Origin: a virus
Taxonomy: Duplodnaviria > Caudoviricetes
IMG/VR virus record: IMGVR_UViG_3300036806_000195
Span: 1 to 59,712 of that record
Length of the DNA: 59,712 bases
Direction: 5' to 3' (one strand)
Shown here: in pieces, positions 55,739-59,712 of the stretch
How positions within the stretch are numbered: the stretch's first letter is position 1
How the letters are laid out: the number at the start of each line of letters is the position of its first letter
Notes under the pieces: model-generated
What the model was told of the DNA's origin: nothing
The model's input: the letters and a program-made list of their open reading frames with translations, nothing else
Databases searched by the model: none
Made by a program: the position numbers and the translations under genes

Positions 55739-56872
55739 ATGAAATACCGAATAAATGACATTGTTGTAGGAGAGAGAAAACGAGAGTCTAGCGACGTTGC
55801 AGCATTGGCTGAAAGCATTAAAGAAATCGGGTTAATCAATCCAATCACCATTAGACCGGATGGCACTCTTAATACTGGGCTGAATCGACTAGAAGCATGC
55901 AGGTCTTTAGGTTGGGATGAGATTGAAGTCAACATCACACAGCTTGAAGACTTGGATGCTGAGCTAGCAGAGATTGACGAGAACCTTATCCGTAACGAGC
56001 TGCACTGGGCAGATAGAGACAAGCAACTCAAGAGACGCAAAGAAATTTATGAGACAAAGCACCCTGAGACAAAACGAGGCAATAACATAGAAAAGACTCT
56101 TTTAAGATCAAAAGAGGAAGTGAATCCGAATAATTCGGATTCACTTCCCGGATTCTCTCAAGACACTGCAAATAAATCTGGACTATCTAGGGACACTATA
56201 GAACAGGGCATCAAACGAGCTACCGCTTTTACAGATGATCAGATGAAAACCTTGAAGCAAGCAGAAGTCACCCAGACAGAAGCAACAAAGATAGCGCGGT
56301 TGCCTCAACCGGAAAGAGAGGAAGTCGTCAAGCAGGTATCCAAGGGTGTCCCCACTGCTCTGCTAACCAGCGAGACCAACGAATGGTATACCCCCCCTGA
56401 GTATGTAGCGATGGCCCGTAAATTGATGAAAGGCATAGACCTAGATCCGGCTAGCAACGCCTACGCAAACGAGAGAGTAGTACAGGCTAAAGACTTTTAC
56501 GATATCCAGGCAAATGGATTAGACAAAGAGTGGCGCGGCCGTGTCTGGTTAAATCCCCCTTACGGACGTGATGAGGGCGGGAGCAATCAAGAGGCATGGT
56601 CACGTCGGCTTATTGAACAATATGAGGCGGGTATCACTAAAGAGGCTATCTTGCTCGTCAATGCCAACACTGAGGCAAAATGGTTTCAGCCGCTCTATAA
56701 CTACCTCATCTGCTTTACTAACCACAGAATACGCTTCTATAACACTGAGGGCACCTCTAGCCAGCCTACACAAGGGAATGCATTCATCTATTTTGGACAC
56801 CAGAAAGACCGTTTTACTGAGCTTTTCAGCACCTTTGGCGTCGTTATACGGAGGATTGATAATGGTTGCTAA
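55739..56872 (+). CDS. ParB-like N-terminal domain fused to phage N6-adenine DNA methyltransferase
   Basis: LAESIKEIGLINPITI...GLNRLEA...DENLIR; EWYTPP, DLDPAS, WLNPPYG. Confidence 0.88.
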   Translation: MKYRINDIVVGERKRESSDVAALAESIKEIGLINPITIRPDGTLNTGLNRLEACRSLGWDEIEVNITQLEDLDAELAEIDENLIRNELHWADRDKQLKRRKEIYETKHPETKRGNNIEKTLLRSKEEVNPNNSDSLPGFSQDTANKSGLSRDTIEQGIKRATAFTDDQMKTLKQAEVTQTEATKIARLPQPEREEVVKQVSKGVPTALLTSETNEWYTPPEYVAMARKLMKGIDLDPASNAYANERVVQAKDFYDIQANGLDKEWRGRVWLNPPYGRDEGGSNQEAWSRRLIEQYEAGITKEAILLVNANTEAKWFQPLYNYLICFTNHRIRFYNTEGTSSQPTQGNAFIYFGHQKDRFTELFSTFGVVIRRIDNGC

Positions 56873-57431
56873 TCTTGCAGACGACTTTAATGCTGCTCTT
56901 GACTACTCTCGCAGGATGCGTGATACCTTCCTGGTCCATTTTTACAAACGATACTCTTTTGATGGTAGATATGTCTTTGTTGACAAGAGCGCATGTTCCA
57001 CACTATTGCAAAAGGAATTAGCCGTCGACACGGTTGCTCAGTGGTCAAACAGAGGCTCTATCTGTATTGAAGAGAAGATAGAGCAGTGGCCTGGGCACCA
57101 ACGGTGGAACTTTGCTCTTGAGACTGAGAGCTGTACAACCCCTGGTAGAGAGCGTAAAGGATGGATGCACTATGCCAAGGCTGATTATCTACTTTATGCA
57201 TTTGCCTTTGATGGCGACATAGGGCTAAATGCTTACCTCATCGACTTCCCCAAACTACGGGAATGGTTTTGGAACCTACCAACACGCTACGAATCATACG
57301 TAATGCCTACGCTCAATCGCACCCGATTTGAGAAAGTCCCTATCCAAGATGTCGCAAAAGCTGTACCGACATGGCACTACATCATCAATAGTGAAGGATG
57401 CAAGTTCATCAAGAAGAGGGCCACAGCATGA
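56862..57431 (+). CDS. Putative PD-(D/E)XK nuclease
   Basis: VDTV...IEEKI...NFALET...GW...ADYLLY; overlaps the MTase stop; ATG 56862 with GGAGG. Confidence 0.55.
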   Translation: MVANLADDFNAALDYSRRMRDTFLVHFYKRYSFDGRYVFVDKSACSTLLQKELAVDTVAQWSNRGSICIEEKIEQWPGHQRWNFALETESCTTPGRERKGWMHYAKADYLLYAFAFDGDIGLNAYLIDFPKLREWFWNLPTRYESYVMPTLNRTRFEKVPIQDVAKAVPTWHYIINSEGCKFIKKRATA

Positions 57432-57547
57432 ACACTACACGCATGAACAAGCTTATGAATTATACGGGCATAACGCTCTCGAATAGATGTTATAGGGGAG
57501 TTACACAAGAAATGAGGCAAAGAGAAAGGGACGAGTATGCCCCGTCC

Positions 57548-57847
57548 CTACGATGCAACGATTATGTCCTGGGGGGACTCTTCTTCAAGCAGCTCTTCGG
57601 ACGTCGGCGCACGATAATCAGTCTCGGCAAAGATCCTTGCCGACTCCTCTGGAGTACATCTCAATGCCCGGCAAATTCTCAGCAAACTATCACGCGATGG
57701 ATTCGATCCGCCATGCATAATTCGGTAGATTTGGCTGTAATTCAGCCGAGCATCAACTGCCAGATGTCCCAATCCGCAACCTTTTTGAACACGAATAGTA
57801 TCAATCCGCATTCCAAGAAGACTCAATTGACTTGTTTTTCTCGGCAT
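57548..57847 (-). CDS. XRE-family repressor divergent from the primase gene
   Basis: LAVDARLNYSQIYRIMHGGSNPSRDSLLRICRAL. Confidence 0.8.
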   Translation of the reverse strand: MPRKTSQLSLLGMRIDTIRVQKGCGLGHLAVDARLNYSQIYRIMHGGSNPSRDSLLRICRALRCTPEESARIFAETDYRAPTSEELLEEESPQDIIVAS

Positions 57848-57869
57848 TTATTCCTTCCCCCGTTATGTC

Positions 57870-57993
57870 TTGACATGCAATATTGCATGGTGTACAATAT
57901 CAATATTGCGCTATATGCAATATATGGTACTTGCAAAGCGCTAAAAAGTCAAGTGGCCATTGGGCACAATTCTTAATAAAAACTGCAATATTT
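57870..57993. promoter_or_regulatory. Divergent promoter with repeated TGCAATAT operators
   Basis: TTGACA...TACAAT; palindrome atgcaatattgcat and further (g)caatat copies. Confidence 0.65.
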
Positions 57994-58011
57994 TTAGTTG
58001 AGAGGCGACAC

Positions 58012-59712
58012 ATGGAAGATGTCATCGTAACTCGTCTCAGGGACCTGAAGCAGTTCCCTCAGTGGGTTTGCTATTCACACAAAAGCAAGGTCCCACTGGA
58101 CCCTCACACAGGGAAGGGTGCTGATTGCAACAACCCCGATGATTGGGGGTCCTACGATCTAGCACGCGCAACCTGGGCTGGCAATAGAGGATGGTACGCA
58201 GGACTCGGGTTTGAGTTTGTCAAAGATCAAGAAATTACAGGGATTGATCTAGACAAGTGCGTAACAGACGGTATTATATCAGACTATGCAAAAGGTATCC
58301 TAGAACGCATTAACTCCTATTCAGAATTCTCTCCGAGTGGCACTGGCATCCATATTCTGGTAAAAGGCAACATTCCTTCTAATCTCGACTCTGATCCGAC
58401 TGGAGTCACCAAGGTCGAGATGTACGATCATCAACGGTATTTTGCTGTTACAGGACGCCATGTCCCTGGAACTCCTGAAACCATTGAAGACCGTCAAGAG
58501 GAATTGACTGCTCTCCATGCTGAGATAGCTGCAATTCGAGCCGCTTCAAAAGCACCTAAGCAGAGGCCAAAGTACATAGAACTGCTTCCTAAGCCCGATA
58601 GTCCCTATGGCAGTCCTTACGGTATCAGCGCTCTACAAGCTGAGTGCGTCAATATGGCAATGGCTGTCAATGGCAGTCGCAACACTCAGCTCAATCGCTC
58701 AGCCTACGCACTTGGTCAACTTCTTACAGGTGGTGAGATACGAGATAGATCCTATATAGAGAGGGAGCTAGGCGCGGCTGCTCAGGGTGTAGGACTTGGA
58801 GACCGTGAAATTGAGCACACTATGAGGAGTGGCTTGGAAGATGGTATGCAAGAGCCTCGTTCAGCACCTCCTACTCTGAAGTCTACAACCTGGAAGGACT
58901 ACGAACCTGAGATGGACACACCCACTGGTAGCAACGGACAGCAGGAACCTCCTAGCAACGATCCACCTCCAAAAGAAATCACAGCAGAAGACCTCTGCAA
59001 ATTCACTGAGGATGATGCCGGCAATGGGGACGCTATGTATGCCTTGTATGGTAAAGACTTCCTCTTCTGCCCTTCTCGCGGATGGTTCCGGTATATAGAT
59101 ACCCACTGGGAGCTTGACGAGGACGGCGCTAGCGTAAAAAGGTATGCTGTAAAGACCTTGCGCAAGCGTAGACACGCTGCTGTGGAGCTAGGAGCTGAGG
59201 CAGTCGTTAAATGCACCAAGGGAGATGCTAATAAGGTAAGTGGCTGTATTGATCGGTTTAGAACTCTTGTCAATGTCAGCATCGATGAGTTCGACAGGCA
59301 TCCTGATATCATCAACTGCAAGAATGGAGTAGTTAATCTGCGCAATGGCAGTATCGAACCACATAGCCGTAGCCAGCGATTTACCTACTGCATGCCAGTT
59401 GCTTATAGGCCAGAGACTGTTTGTCTGGAATGGCTTGACTACCTAGATGGGGTAGTTGGCGGCGGACGGGAAGTTATTGACTACCTCCAAATGGCCCTAG
59501 GCTATTCGATGACTGGTCACACCAGGGAAGAAGTCCTCTTCTACCTCTACGGACCTACAAGAAGCGGGAAAGGTACGATATCAGAAATTTTTATGTCTCT
59601 TATGCCCAGTCCTCTTTCAACTGAGGTCGATTTCAACTCATTCACAGCAAAAAGGGAAGGTGACGTAAACAACTTTGATCTAGCGCCACTTAAACCCAGT
59701 CGCTTGATTTTT
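58012..59712 (+). CDS. Primase-polymerase (AEP) / D5-like helicase, N-terminal part (missing from ORF track because it crosses the end; full protein 784 aa)
   Basis: QWVCY, GIDLDKC, EFSPSGTGIH, EMYD...RYFAVTG; INCKNGVVNL; LYGPTRSGKGT Walker A. Confidence 0.9.
   Translation, partial: MEDVIVTRLRDLKQFPQWVCYSHKSKVPLDPHTGKGADCNNPDDWGSYDLARATWAGNRGWYAGLGFEFVKDQEITGIDLDKCVTDGIISDYAKGILERINSYSEFSPSGTGIHILVKGNIPSNLDSDPTGVTKVEMYDHQRYFAVTGRHVPGTPETIEDRQEELTALHAEIAAIRAASKAPKQRPKYIELLPKPDSPYGSPYGISALQAECVNMAMAVNGSRNTQLNRSAYALGQLLTGGEIRDRSYIERELGAAAQGVGLGDREIEHTMRSGLEDGMQEPRSAPPTLKSTTWKDYEPEMDTPTGSNGQQEPPSNDPPPKEITAEDLCKFTEDDAGNGDAMYALYGKDFLFCPSRGWFRYIDTHWELDEDGASVKRYAVKTLRKRRHAAVELGAEAVVKCTKGDANKVSGCIDRFRTLVNVSIDEFDRHPDIINCKNGVVNLRNGSIEPHSRSQRFTYCMPVAYRPETVCLEWLDYLDGVVGGGREVIDYLQMALGYSMTGHTREEVLFYLYGPTRSGKGTISEIFMSLMPSPLSTEVDFNSFTAKREGDVNNFDLAPLKPSRLIF

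Noticed and set aside
55739-56100. ParABS partition system
   Set aside because: The ParB-like domain is fused to a methyltransferase and no ParA ATPase is evident
57398-57976. 192-aa plus-strand ORF
   Set aside because: Overlaps the XRE repressor on the opposite strand and the operator region; no motifs
59586-59712. Biological direct terminal repeat
   Set aside because: It is exactly 127 bp and falls mid-gene; best explained as assembler overlap of a circular contig

Overview
The window is a complete, circularly assembled genome of a tailed siphovirus-like phage. Bases 1-127 are repeated exactly at 59586-59712, so the unit length is about 59,585 bp, and one 784-aa primase-polymerase/D5-helicase ORF runs across the junction. 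It carries a full virion and lysis module (7746-33445: TerS, TerL, portal, scaffold, MCP, neck, tail tube, frameshifted chaperone, tape measure, amidase, holins). It also shows hallmarks of plasmid-like maintenance: a XerC/D-like recombinase with an adjacent dif-like 28-bp site, a second lambda-O-like initiator with internal iterons, and an HTH/coiled-coil partition candidate. No host flanks or att junction are visible. The most striking element is a membrane-protein / FtsK-TraB-like ATPase / inverted repeat / Spd-like coiled-coil-HTH cassette (40737-44205) that resembles the Streptomyces dsDNA conjugation and intramycelial spread system, here inside a phage genome. Other notable items are a cluster of tRNAs and tRNA-like RNAs with rebuilt anticodon arms next to a polynucleotide kinase, a portal fused to a 2H phosphoesterase (Acb1/LigT-like), several stand-alone promoter-RNA-terminator units including a 4-codon minigene, and a sensory island (H-NOX/V4R-wHTH, XRE, membrane-anchored ECF sigma, LuxR). 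A filamentous monoderm host such as Ktedonobacteria (Chloroflexota) is my unverified guess from gene style and TGnTAYAHT promoters. All protein calls come from reading motifs by eye, not from database searches.
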